Positions 22,739-31,407 of a DNA stretch of 64,000 nucleotides are shown here, piece by piece. This DNA comes from an uncultured Acidobacteriota bacterium (GTDB lineage: Bacteria; Acidobacteriota; Thermoanaerobaculia; Multivoradales; UBA5704). The notes beneath the pieces are model-generated. The model saw only the letters and a program-made list of their open reading frames with translations, was not told the origin of the DNA and did no database searches. The stretch spans positions 1,312,001-1,376,000 of the forward strand of contig CAVYRF010000002.1 of the NCBI GenBank assembly GCA_963770895.1, read 5' to 3'. The position numbers and the translations under genes are program-made. Within the stretch, counting starts at the first letter, position 1; every line of letters starts with the position of its first letter.

Positions 22739-23116
22739 CTACCAACCTACCCGGAGGAGACCTGGAACCGAGTCGAAGTGGTCGTCACGGCTGACCACAG
22801 GGTGCCGATGTTGCAGCGCCAGTGCAGCAATCCAGACATCGTTTTCCGGGATCGGCCGGCCGCTTGCGCGGAGGTCCTCTCGTACCTGGGAATAGATTTC
22901 AGCCGTGACCAGGTCGACAACCAGAACGCTGCTCTCCTGGATGAGCGTCGCCAGCAGAACGCCCAACCGCTCGCGGTGGCGCGACCGCAGCAGCCCGAAC
23001 CGGTACTCGCCGATCACGATCACCGGCAGGTGGTGCCGCGAACGCGCGGCAAGAACGTCTGCCAGCGCCGGGTCGCCGGCGAACAAAGACGAAACCGCAT
23101 TGGTGTCCAGGATCAC
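22739..23116 (-). CDS. vapC: PIN-domain toxin
   Basis: VILDTN, IGEY, GRPIPENDVWIAA, VSRDDHF; GTGA overlap with the antitoxin. Confidence 0.92.
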   Translation of the reverse strand: MILDTNAVSSLFAGDPALADVLAARSRHHLPVIVIGEYRFGLLRSRHRERLGVLLATLIQESSVLVVDLVTAEIYSQVREDLRASGRPIPENDVWIAALALQHRHPVVSRDDHFDSVPGLLRVGW

Positions 23117-23364
23117 CGCCACGCATCCGGGTCGACACGTTCCAGCTCCTCGGCAACGATCCGTTCGACCTCCTCCACCTCTTCTGGCCGAGCCATGCCA
23201 AAGACGCTGCGCCACCCAAGCTCCTTGGGCTTTTGGGCTTCCTGACTCTCCACATGCGCCCAAAGTGCCGCCGTCACAAAGTCTTTGAGGCTTTCAGCCC
23301 GCAGAGCCGCGGCAGCCTTGGCTTGGCGGAACAGGGCATCCGGGATTTCGATCGTCGTCTTCAC
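23113..23364 (-). CDS. vapB: Type II antitoxin (RHH, VapB-like)
   Basis: VKTTIEIPDALFRQAK RHH N-terminus, directly upstream of the PIN gene. Confidence 0.85.
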   Translation of the reverse strand: MKTTIEIPDALFRQAKAAAALRAESLKDFVTAALWAHVESQEAQKPKELGWRSVFGMARPEEVEEVERIVAEELERVDPDAWR

Positions 23365-23410
23365 CAGGCCAACTTTCCCATATTTATGGGCGACAATCCA
23401 GCTATCGGGA

Positions 23411-23526
23411 GGTAGCGTCAAGGATGTGCCGCAGGTACAGTTCGTCGCGGCTCACAGCGGCATAGCTTCAGCCAGGACACGCTCTCGTATGTACGGGGAG
23501 AGGGCTGGCTCGGTCACCACATCGAC
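23411..23526 (-). pseudogene. Relic of a second MNT-HEPN module (MNT C-terminus plus HEPN N-terminus)
   Basis: Reads VDVVTEPALSPYIRERVLAEAMPL* overlapping VSRDELYLRHILDAT, paralogous to the junction of the intact pair (VDVVSERALSPYLRERVLSEAVPL*/VNRDQLYLQHMLDA). Confidence 0.8.
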
Positions 23527-23819
23527 GCGGGAAGATCATCTTGAGTGACCTGCCAGACGGCCTCGATGTCCACGCCCATGTAGTTGTGGATAAGGACGTC
23601 CCGCATTCCAGCGATACGACGCCAGGGAATGGAGGGGCAGCGCGCAGTTGCCTCGGGGGAAAGTCTCTTCACCGCTTCGCCGATGATCTCGAGCTGGCGG
23701 ATCACCGCATCTTGCCAGTGGGACACGATGATGAATTCGTCGTGACCCACCGCGATGTAGCGCTCGACCTTCATTATGGCGTCGAGCATGTGCTGCAGAT
23801 ATAGCTGGTCTCGGTTCAC
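23514..23819 (-). CDS. hepT: DUF86/HepT-like HEPN RNase toxin, probably C-terminally clipped
   Basis: QDAVIRQLEIIGEA, PWRRIAGMRDVLIHNY (Rx4H); ends abruptly after DLP where the relic begins. Confidence 0.88.
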   Translation of the reverse strand: MNRDQLYLQHMLDAIMKVERYIAVGHDEFIIVSHWQDAVIRQLEIIGEAVKRLSPEATARCPSIPWRRIAGMRDVLIHNYMGVDIEAVWQVTQDDLPASMW

Positions 23820-24109
23820 AGCGGAACAGCTTCGGAAAGGACCCGCTCCCGGAGATACGGAGACAGCGCTCGCTCCGACACGACGTCTACCGGGTGATGC
23901 ACAAGATCCTCCAAGTCCTGCTTTAGCCCTACGAGATCGAGGAGCGAGCGCCCTTCTCCGAGGGTGACCAGCAAATCGAGGTCGCTTTCCTCGGTGCCTT
24001 CACCTCGGGCCAAAGAACCAAAGATACGGACGTTCTTCGCGCCGTGGCGTTTCGCCAAGTTGAGAATATCGGCGCGGTGCTGCTGCAAGCCCTCGACGGT
24101 CATGGACAC
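23816..24109 (-). CDS. mntA: Minimal nucleotidyltransferase antitoxin
   Basis: FGSLARG...SDLDLLV motif; overlaps the HEPN gene. Confidence 0.9.
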   Translation of the reverse strand: MSMTVEGLQQHRADILNLAKRHGAKNVRIFGSLARGEGTEESDLDLLVTLGEGRSLLDLVGLKQDLEDLVHHPVDVVSERALSPYLRERVLSEAVPL

Positions 24110-24219
24110 CCAGTTTAGCAGCAGGCCCTAACGCTCCTCCTCCTCATTGGAAGCAGAAGTGTCACCCAAAGGTGTCACCCGCGGCCGGCTTCATCATGGA
24201 ACTGCTGAAAGAAAAGAAG

Positions 24220-25896
24220 TTAGAGGCGGGGAATCTGGATTGGCTGGGAGGCAGGGACTCGAACCCCGATTCTGCGGTCCAGAGCCGCATGTCCTACCAT
24301 TGAACGACCTCCCAGGACAGCGACGAAGCGTAGCCGAACGACGGGAAGGCGGTCAACCCTCGGGCGGGCTCGGGGCGATGGGGGGACAGCTGGGGCGTTG
24401 ACGTCTCCAGGGCTGGCGGTGGCGCCGGCCGGCTGGGCGGGCGCGGCGGCGGCGGCCGGCGCGGCGCGCAGGAGCTGGACCAGGTGGTCGAGGTGGCGGA
24501 CGGTGGCGTCGCGGCCCATGACTTCGATGAGATCGAAGAGGGGGGGGCCGGCGTTGGTGCCGGAGAGGGCGGTGCGGGTGGGGTGGATGAGGGCGCCGGC
24601 CTTGATCTTGCGCTCGGTGGCCACGGCCCGCAGCTCGGTTTCCAGGGCGTCCTTGGCGAAGGGGTCGAGGCGGCCGTAGCGGTCGCGCAGGGCGGCCAGG
24701 TGGTCGGCCAGGTGCGGGTCGGCGGCGAACTTGGCGACGGTTGAGGCGTCCTGGTCGATGCGGTCGCTGAAGTAGGGCGCGATCACGGCGACCAGCTCCT
24801 TGAGGGAGCGGACGCGGACGCGGTGCAGGTCGATCGCGGCGTGGAGGCGGGCGGGGTCGGCCGTGTCCAGGCCGGCCTGGGCCAGGAAGGGCGCCAGGTG
24901 CGGCATCAGGTCGGCCAGCGGCAGGCTCGACATGTACTGCGCATTGACCCAGGCCAGCTTCTCCTGGTCGAAGACCGCGGCCGAGGCGTTCAGGCGGTCG
25001 ACCGAGAAGAGCGCGACCATTTCGGCGCGGGACAGGATCTCGCGGTCGCCGCCGGGATTCCAGCCGAGCAGCGCCAGGTAGTTGTACAGCGCCTGCGGCA
25101 GGATGCCCTCGGCGCGGAACTCCTCCACCGAGCTGGCGCCGAAGCGTTTGGACAGCCGCTTCTTGTCGCTGCCCAGGATCAGGGGCAGATGGCCGAAGAC
25201 CGGCACCTGGCCACCCATCGCCAGGAACAGCGGGATGTGCTTGGGGGTGTTGGACAGGTGGTCCTCGCCGCGCACCACGTGGGTGATCCCCATGTCGATG
25301 TCATCGCAGACGACGGACATGTGATAGGTCGGCGAGCCGTCCGAGCGCAGCAGGATGAAGTCGTCCAGGGCGTCCGGCGGGAACTCCATGTCGCCGCGCA
25401 CCAGGTCGTGGAAGCGAATGTTGTCATCCGGCATGCGGAAGCGCACCACGAACGGCTCGCCCGCGGCGGCCCGCTCGGCGGCCTGCTCCGCCGGGATGCC
25501 CAGACAGGTGCGCGGGTAGCGAAACGCGACGCCGTGCCGCTGCGCTTCGGCGCGCCCGGCCTCCAGGACCTGGGCGCTGCAAAAGCAGCGGTAGGCGCTG
25601 CCCGCCGCCAGCAGCTGCTCGCCCCGCTCGCGATGGCGCGCCAGCCGCTCGCTCTGCAGGAACGGCCCTTCGTCCCAGACCGTGCCGATCCACGCCAGCG
25701 CCGACTGGATCTGGCGCGTCATGGCGTCGTCCGAGCGCTCGCGGTCGGTATCTTCGATGCGCAGCACGAACGCCCCGCCCAGGCTCTGCCGCAGCAGGTC
25801 GTTGTAGATCGCCGTACGCGCCCCACCGACGTGCAGGAATCCGGTGGGAGAGGGGGCAAAGCGGACCCGCACAGGGCCTTGGATCATTTCGCTCAT
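24220..25896 (-). CDS. gltX: Glutamate--tRNA ligase; 3' end anomalous (reads through tRNA-Gln)
   Basis: RFAPSPTGFLHVGG (HIGH), LRIEDTD, RGEDH, KRLSKR (KMSKS-like); conserved part ends near 24470. Confidence 0.95.
   Translation of the reverse strand: MSEMIQGPVRVRFAPSPTGFLHVGGARTAIYNDLLRQSLGGAFVLRIEDTDRERSDDAMTRQIQSALAWIGTVWDEGPFLQSERLARHRERGEQLLAAGSAYRCFCSAQVLEAGRAEAQRHGVAFRYPRTCLGIPAEQAAERAAAGEPFVVRFRMPDDNIRFHDLVRGDMEFPPDALDDFILLRSDGSPTYHMSVVCDDIDMGITHVVRGEDHLSNTPKHIPLFLAMGGQVPVFGHLPLILGSDKKRLSKRFGASSVEEFRAEGILPQALYNYLALLGWNPGGDREILSRAEMVALFSVDRLNASAAVFDQEKLAWVNAQYMSSLPLADLMPHLAPFLAQAGLDTADPARLHAAIDLHRVRVRSLKELVAVIAPYFSDRIDQDASTVAKFAADPHLADHLAALRDRYGRLDPFAKDALETELRAVATERKIKAGALIHPTRTALSGTNAGPPLFDLIEVMGRDATVRHLDHLVQLLRAAPAAAAAPAQPAGATASPGDVNAPAVPPSPRARPRVDRLPVVRLRFVAVLGGRSMVGHAALDRRIGVRVPASQPIQIPRL
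24241..24314 (-). tRNA. tRNA-Gln(CTG)
   Basis: TGGGAGGTCGTTCAATGGTAGGACATGCGGCT-CTG-GACCGCAGAATCGGGGTTCGAGTCCCTGCCTCCCAGCCA; cloverleaf with encoded CCA. Confidence 0.97.
24327..24356 (-). promoter_or_regulatory. Putative sigma70 promoter for tRNA-Gln
   Basis: TTGACC-N18-TACGCT, 12 bp upstream of the tRNA. Confidence 0.55.
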
Positions 25897-26094
25897 CGTT
25901 CTTTCGCCGGGACGCCGGCAGGGAGCGTTGCCAGGTTAAGCAATGCGGCTTTTGCGTCCGGCGCCACCTCTTGTGCCACCCGGACGGGCCAATGATAGGA
26001 GACTTGCTCCGCCCCGGATAGTGCCTTCGTTCTTGCAGAGACAGCTGGATGATTCTACAATTGTTGGTGGATTCTTCCTTGAAGGAGCCACCCC

Positions 26095-26349
26095 ATGGCC
26101 TTGAACATCAAGAACCCCGAAGTGGAGCTGCTGGCCCGCCAGGTGGCATCGCAGGCGGACGAAAGCCTGACCGAAGCCGTGCGGCACGCCCTGGAAGAGC
26201 GGCTGGAACGACTCAAGGGCAGGCGGTCGGCACCCGACCTGCTGGAAGAGCTGATGGGAATCAGCAGGCGCTGCAGCGACCTGCCCGACCGGGACTCCCG
26301 CGACCCCGACGACATCCTGGGCTACGACGCGGTGGGGGCCTTCCTCTGA
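26095..26349 (+). CDS. vapB: VapB-family antitoxin (Rv0623-like)
   Basis: MALNIKNPEVELLAR...SLTEAVRHAL...ILGYD; TGATG overlap with the toxin. Confidence 0.9.
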   Translation: MALNIKNPEVELLARQVASQADESLTEAVRHALEERLERLKGRRSAPDLLEELMGISRRCSDLPDRDSRDPDDILGYDAVGAFL

Positions 26350-26735
26350 TGGTGATCGACGCCTCCGCCCTGCTGGCGATTCTGCTCGGCGAGCCGGAAG
26401 CGAAGGCTCTGGCCGAAGCCATCGCCGGCGATCCCAAACGGCTGGTCGGAGCCGTATCCGCCCTGGAAGCAGCCATCGTCATTCACGCCCGCAAAGGCGC
26501 CGCGGGAGTCCGTGAGCTGGATCTCCTGATGCACACCGCGCGGGTCACGGTGGTCAGCCTGGACGCCGACCAGGTGCTGCTTGCCCGCTCAGCCTACGAA
26601 AAGTTCGGCAGGGGCCATCACCCGGCAGCCCTCAACTTGGGAGATTGCTGCAGCTACGCCCTGGCCCGCGCCTCTGGCGAGCGGCTGCTCTTCAAAGGCA
26701 ATGACTTCGCGCAAACCGACCTGTCCAGCCAGTGA
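26349..26735 (+). CDS. vapC: PIN-domain toxin
   Basis: MVIDASALLAIL, HPAALNLGDCCSYALA, LLFKGNDF. Confidence 0.93.
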   Translation: MVIDASALLAILLGEPEAKALAEAIAGDPKRLVGAVSALEAAIVIHARKGAAGVRELDLLMHTARVTVVSLDADQVLLARSAYEKFGRGHHPAALNLGDCCSYALARASGERLLFKGNDFAQTDLSSQ

Positions 26736-26800
26736 CAGCCGCCGGCAGGCGCGACCAGACAGCGGATCGCAAGTCTCGACTTAAAAGTTGAGGCGGGAAG

Positions 26801-26822
26801 ATGGCGGAGAGGGAGGGATTCG
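26801..26822. repeat. att site (duplicated tRNA-Ser 3' end)
   Basis: Identical to 38347-38368. Confidence 0.93.
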
Positions 26823-26959
26823 CCGGAGGGGCCGGCCCAAAGGCTCTACGGGGAGAATGAATTAGGAGCTAACCAACGTTGACACAGTAACTTAGCTCTC
26901 TTCCTCCCTTGCCGTTCTCCTTCGTCTCTTAGCCGGCTTTTGCCGGCTTTTTCGTCCCT

Positions 26960-26977
26960 TGTGTCTTCGATTGTGTC
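26960..26977. promoter_or_regulatory. Putative integrase arm-type site (paired TGTGTC)
   Basis: TGTGTC-N6-TGTGTC here and TGTGTC-N7-TGTGTC at 38255-38273, one inside each element end. Confidence 0.5.
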
Positions 26978-27044
26978 GCTGGCGCTCCCAAGGGGATTCG
27001 CCGCCCGTCATTAGGGCGGGCTCTCTCCGCCCTCTGCCGCTGTC

Positions 27045-27236
27045 CTAATCCGCCAGGTTGAAGTACCGGCGGATGGCTTCACGGATTAAAGACGCCTCGC
27101 TCGCCCGCCTTTGGTAGGCCGCCTCCCGAAGGGCGGCTTCCTCATCGTCGTGGAGCCAGACGGTCTTTTTCACCTGGCCAGGCTTCCTGGTCGTCTCGCC
27201 GCCGCGCGGCCCGATGCGGTCTTTCTCTTCGGTCAT
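27045..27236 (-). CDS. Ribbon-helix-helix (CopG-like) protein
   Basis: KKTVWLHDDEEAALREAA...SEASLIREAIRRY. Confidence 0.75.
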   Translation of the reverse strand: MTEEKDRIGPRGGETTRKPGQVKKTVWLHDDEEAALREAAYQRRASEASLIREAIRRYFNLAD

Positions 27237-27367
27237 GTCCGGAGGATAGGGCGCGCCGGATTCCTGAAAGCCAGATTGCGTATTGCGGATTCCGTAAGTA
27301 TGGTAATCTCGCTCCTCGCAGCCTTTCCGCTAATCCGTGCCTTACCCCTTGCGAGAGGAGGAGAACC

Positions 27368-28068
27368 ATGCGTTTCGGAGCCCTGTTCTTAGCCCTTACC
27401 CTCATCCTCGCCGTCTCGGCAAATGCCGAACATCTGCCCGCGCAGCCTTGCCGGCATGACGCACGTCCGCACGCCTCCCTACTACCCGCAGTCCAACGGC
27501 AAGATCGAGCGCTGGCACAAGACGCTCAAGACCGATGCTCTGCGGCCCGCGGCCCCCGCTGGCCTCGATCCCGCTCGTGCCACTGTTGCTGACTTCGTCC
27601 ACCACTACAACCACGTCCGGCTTCACAGCGCCATCGGCTACGTCACCCCGGACGCCTTCATGCTCGGGTTGGCGCCGTCCATCTGGGTCGAACGCGATCG
27701 CAAACTCGAGGCCGCGCGGCAAACACGCCGAGAACACCGCGAGGCTGCAAGGACGCACGCCGCTTGACCCCACCACCTCGAACGCTCATGCCTCTGTTAC
27801 GATCGAAACCAGTCGTCCCGTTCACGGTGAACCAGTACAAGTCAAGTTCACCTTCTTCGATCCCTCGAATATCGAGATGATCTTGAAAATCCTCAATGCC
27901 TGCTCGCCACCCTTCAACCACTGGTGGGTCTTCGCTGGGGGCCTTACAAACGTCGGGGTCTCCATTACCGTAACCGACACCGTTGGCCTTTCGGTGAAGA
28001 CCTACAAGAGCACCAAGGGCGCCCTCTTCCAGACTTTCGCCGATACGGCGGCCTTCGATTGTCCGTGA
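27368..28068 (+). pseudogene. Secreted protein gene disrupted by an IS fragment
   Basis: GAGGAG RBS and signal peptide MRFGALFLALTLILAVSANA at 27368; C-terminal domain FFDPSNIEMILKILNAC...WWVFAGGLTNV...DTAAFDCP at about 27841-28068. Confidence 0.6.
27432..27839 (+). mobile_element. IS3/IS481-type transposase 3' fragment with right end
   Basis: rve core YPQSNGKIERWHKTLK...YNHVRLHSAIGYVTP; terminus ...GTGAACCAGTACA; left boundary approximate. Confidence 0.75.
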
Positions 28069-28081
28069 TGTGCAGGAGGAC

Positions 28082-28111
28082 AGAGCCGGCCTTCGGGCCG
28101 GCTCTCTTCTT
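28082..28111 (+). terminator. Intrinsic terminator-like hairpin
   Basis: AGAGCCGGCC-TTCG-GGCCGGCTCT followed by CTTCTT, between convergent genes. Confidence 0.65.
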
Positions 28112-28149
28112 GGCTATTGGCAGATCACCACGGCTAACGACGAGCGTTG

Positions 28150-28434
28150 CTAAGAGCAGGTGAGTTGATTGAGCAGGTTGTCGGTCGGCGTATCGTCGGC
28201 GTATGTGCGCAGATACTTCCCATGAATCCCATTCACCACTCGGATGTACTGCCGGCCGTTCCCGTGCCTAGTGTAGTAGTGCTGTCCATGCTGTTCGATC
28301 GAGGCGATGACCTTCTCGCGAGTGTCTTTCCAGCGCATGCCTTGCCCATTGTCGGGGCCACCGAGATACTCGATACCATAGTGCGGGTCATGGTGATGCG
28401 GACGTTTGATGATGCAGTCTACAAGATAGTCCAT
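28150..28434 (-). CDS. DUF3892-like protein
   Basis: IEYLGG...TREKVIASIE...YYT...KYLRTYADDTPTDNLLNQL pattern. Confidence 0.8.
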   Translation of the reverse strand: MDYLVDCIIKRPHHHDPHYGIEYLGGPDNGQGMRWKDTREKVIASIEQHGQHYYTRHGNGRQYIRVVNGIHGKYLRTYADDTPTDNLLNQLTCS

Positions 28435-28590
28435 AATTTCTCCGTAACAATTTAGAAAGTGTAAGTTGTTGGTGATCCATAGCCATGGCGGGTAATTTTA
28501 CCACGAGGGTATGAAGAGCTAGGCCGGAGAACGTATCCGGCCTCCCCGGCAGGAAAGAGCCTCTCACCGGAGCGCCCGCTCCAGCCCATC

Positions 28591-29802
28591 ATGGCCGGCA
28601 TGCAGGATGTCGCAATCTTTGCTCGAACCACCTGGAGGGGACAGGGGCGCCCATTCGGCATCCGCCGCGCCGACCGCTTGTCGCACCTCTACATGATCGG
28701 CATGACCGGTGTCGGCAAATCGACCCTCTTCGAGACTCTGGTCGGCGAAGACCTGCGGCATGGGGAAGGCTTCGCCCTCCTTGATCCGCACGGCGACCTC
28801 TACGAGTTGATCAAGCACTCGATTCCCCAGGAACGCCAGAGCTCGACCGTCCTCTTCGACGTGCCGAGCCCCTCGCAGCCGATCCGCTTCAATCCTCTAT
28901 CGGGCGTCTCCGCCGCCAAGCGCTCCCTTGCCGTCGCGGGACTTCTCTCGGCCTTCGAGCGCCAGTGGGCCGACTCCTGGGGGGTGCGGATGGAGCATGT
29001 CCTCCGCCATACGCTCTTCGCCCTTCTTGAAGCGGGAGGCATGAGCTTCGCGGACATACCGCGCCTTCTCGAAGATGGCGGCTTCAGGCAGGCTGTCGTC
29101 TCCCGCCTCTCGAACAAGCAGGTCAAGGGCTTCTTCCAAGGGGAGTATGCGAGCTACTCACCTTCGGCACGCGCTCAGGTCATCGGGCCAATCCTCAACA
29201 AGGTGGGGGCCTTCCTGGCCGACCCCACCCTCTACCGCATCTTCTCGTCACCCGAGAGCTCGTTCGACCCGCGACGCTTGATGGACGAAGGCGGCATCCT
29301 CCTGGTCAACCTCTCCAAGGGGCAAATCGGCGAGGGAGTAGCCAACCTTCTTGGCTCACTCCTCGTCGCATCTCTCGGTCTTGCCGGCCTCTCCCGCGCC
29401 GAGCTGCCGGCAGAGAAGCGTCGGCCGTTCTTCGTCTACCTGGATGAGTTCCAGACTTTCGCCTCGCTCTCCCTGGCCGGCATGCTATCGGAGTTGCGCA
29501 AGTACGGCGTCGGCCTGGTGCTCGCCAACCAATATTTGGGCCAGCTTCCGCCGGAGATTCGCGAGGCTGTCCTCGGGAACGTCGGCAGCCTGATTGCCTT
29601 CCGCGTCGGGGCGGCCGATGCGCCTCTCTTGGCTCGGGAGTTCTCGCCGGTCTTCGGCGTGGAGGATTTGCTTCGCCTGCCCAATCACTCTATCTACGTG
29701 AAGCTCATGGTGGACGGAGCGCTGTCGCGGCCCTTCTCGGCGGAGACCCTCGCGCCGGCTACTCGCCGATCTCAAGGTACTGGCGCAAGGCCCGGCGGAT
29801 GA
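28591..29802 (+). CDS. TraD/TrwB-like coupling-protein ATPase
   Basis: HLYMIGMTGVGKST Walker A, DPHGD, YLDEFQ Walker B, SELRKYG, LANQY, LGNVGS. Confidence 0.88.
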   Translation: MAGMQDVAIFARTTWRGQGRPFGIRRADRLSHLYMIGMTGVGKSTLFETLVGEDLRHGEGFALLDPHGDLYELIKHSIPQERQSSTVLFDVPSPSQPIRFNPLSGVSAAKRSLAVAGLLSAFERQWADSWGVRMEHVLRHTLFALLEAGGMSFADIPRLLEDGGFRQAVVSRLSNKQVKGFFQGEYASYSPSARAQVIGPILNKVGAFLADPTLYRIFSSPESSFDPRRLMDEGGILLVNLSKGQIGEGVANLLGSLLVASLGLAGLSRAELPAEKRRPFFVYLDEFQTFASLSLAGMLSELRKYGVGLVLANQYLGQLPPEIREAVLGNVGSLIAFRVGAADAPLLAREFSPVFGVEDLLRLPNHSIYVKLMVDGALSRPFSAETLAPATRRSQGTGARPGG

Positions 29803-29947
29803 CCTCGGCCTTGGAGCAGCGGTCGCGCGCGGCCCGCTTGGCAAGGGCCGCTTCTTCGTCCTCGTAGAGGTACGCCTGTTCCCGAAACATGCTGCCGGGC
29901 TTGCGCCGCCGGTCGGATGGCATGCCTTCCTGTCTCGCCGCCGCCAT
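29759..29947 (-). CDS. Ribbon-helix-helix (CopG-like) protein
   Basis: YLYEDEEAALAKRA...SKAEVIRRALRQYL; paralogue of 27045-27236. Confidence 0.72.
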   Translation of the reverse strand: MAAARQEGMPSDRRRKPGSMFREQAYLYEDEEAALAKRAARDRCSKAEVIRRALRQYLEIGE

Positions 29948-29995
29948 GGTCGAAGCGTAGACGAGGGCAGTACCGGTGTGATACAGGTACTATAC

Positions 29996-30322
29996 ATGTA
30001 CTCTACCGGTAATGGCGAACAGAGCGCCTGGCCGATCGACCGGGTGCAGGCCGCCCTTGGAGAAGTGGCCTGGCTCCTTCGGACGATTCAGGACGTACTC
30101 TCCGCGGTCTACCGCAACATGCCGCGTCCCGCCGACCTCGCGGACCGCGAAGAGCACCGGTTGCCGTACGACATTGCAACCGACATCCTCGGAACCCTGG
30201 AGGGCACGCTCGACGAAGACCTGCCGGCACTGATCCGCCGGCTGGAGCGATCGGCCCAGATCACGAACGAAGAATTGGCGGAAGAGTTCCGCAAATGGAA
30301 GGAGCACAATCATGGTTTCTAA
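29996..30322 (+). CDS. Hypothetical protein
   Basis: ORF overlapping the radC start; start uncertain (29978 or 29996). Confidence 0.55.
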   Translation: MYSTGNGEQSAWPIDRVQAALGEVAWLLRTIQDVLSAVYRNMPRPADLADREEHRLPYDIATDILGTLEGTLDEDLPALIRRLERSAQITNEELAEEFRKWKEHNHGF

Positions 30323-30974
30323 AGACAACGGAATCGCCTCTCGGCTCTATCGCGCGGGGGCCGTGGCCCTCTCCGATTCCGAACTCCTCTCGGTACTTCT
30401 TTCGGCAGGCAAACCGGACGAGGCCACGCTTCGCCGCTCAAAGGAGTGCCTCTCCAACCTCGGGGGCATCGGCATCGTGCCGGCCGCTTCCCGCGGCATG
30501 CTGCGAGCGGCCGGACTCGGAGAGCCGGAGTCATCGGTTGCCCTCTGCCTCTCGGAGGTTGCCTGCCGCATGGCAAAGGCCAAGCTTGCCAAGTACGTCC
30601 GCTTCAAAGAGCCGATCGATGTCGTCCACTATCTGAAGCTCCGCTACGGGCAGATCGGCCAGGAAGTGTTGGGCGGTCTCTTTCTCACCAGCCGCAATCG
30701 CCTCATCGCCGATCGGGAGCTCTACCGCGGCACCCTCTCGCGCATTGACGCCGAGCCGCGGGAGGTGCTTCGGCAGAGTCTCATCCTTGGCGCGGCGCGG
30801 GTCGTCCTTTTCCATAACCATCCATCGGGCGACCCCACCCCGAGCCCTGGCGACAGAGCCTTTACGGTGCGCCTGCGCAGGGCGGCAGAGATGATGGGCG
30901 TTGATCTCTTCGACCATTTCATCCTGGGTGCGGGCGGGCGATGGACGTCGCTTCGCCTCATTATGAAGTGGTGA
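30312..30974 (+). CDS. radC: RadC-like JAB domain protein
   Basis: ALSDSELLSVLL N-terminus; QE...PREV...HNHPSGDPTPSPGD...DHFI. Confidence 0.92.
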   Translation: MVSKDNGIASRLYRAGAVALSDSELLSVLLSAGKPDEATLRRSKECLSNLGGIGIVPAASRGMLRAAGLGEPESSVALCLSEVACRMAKAKLAKYVRFKEPIDVVHYLKLRYGQIGQEVLGGLFLTSRNRLIADRELYRGTLSRIDAEPREVLRQSLILGAARVVLFHNHPSGDPTPSPGDRAFTVRLRRAAEMMGVDLFDHFILGAGGRWTSLRLIMKW

Positions 30975-30977
30975 GCC

Positions 30978-31277
30978 ATGCCGCAATTCGATGACGATAC
31001 GGCGGAAGCGCGAAGCCTCCTCGAAACGCTTATCTCCCTTTCCGGATTGACCAAGGTTGAAATCCAGCGGCGCATCTCGGAAGGAGAGCGGCATTTCGAC
31101 TTGTCGAACGTCCTCAGGGGACGGCAGGATCTGAAGGTGATGCACATCGCGGCCATCTGCGGGGCCTTGGGCATCTACGTAGCGGAATTCCTGCGCATGG
31201 CATATCCCGACCCGACGGAGCCGAGCCGATTCCAAACGCGCATTGAGACACTGCTTGGCAGGGGGGCGAGGGGGTAG
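30978..31277 (+). CDS. XRE-like HTH protein
   Basis: GLTKVEIQRRI...LSNVLRGRQDLKVMHIAAICGALG. Confidence 0.65.
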   Translation: MPQFDDDTAEARSLLETLISLSGLTKVEIQRRISEGERHFDLSNVLRGRQDLKVMHIAAICGALGIYVAEFLRMAYPDPTEPSRFQTRIETLLGRGARG

Positions 31278-31407
31278 CGCCGATCCTGCCACTCCGGCAC
31301 TTTTGCCATCCTTTTTCTCTCTTCTCCTCGGGCGCATTGTGGGACGCAGAGAAGTTCTTCTGCAACAACTCACAACCGCCGGCCACGCCGGCAAAGGAGA
31401 AGAGACC

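Noticed and set aside
22680-22740. Expected second att copy of the tRNA-Gln 3' end bounding the TA cluster
   Set aside because: No TGGCTGGGAG-like duplicate seen, so no bounded island is called
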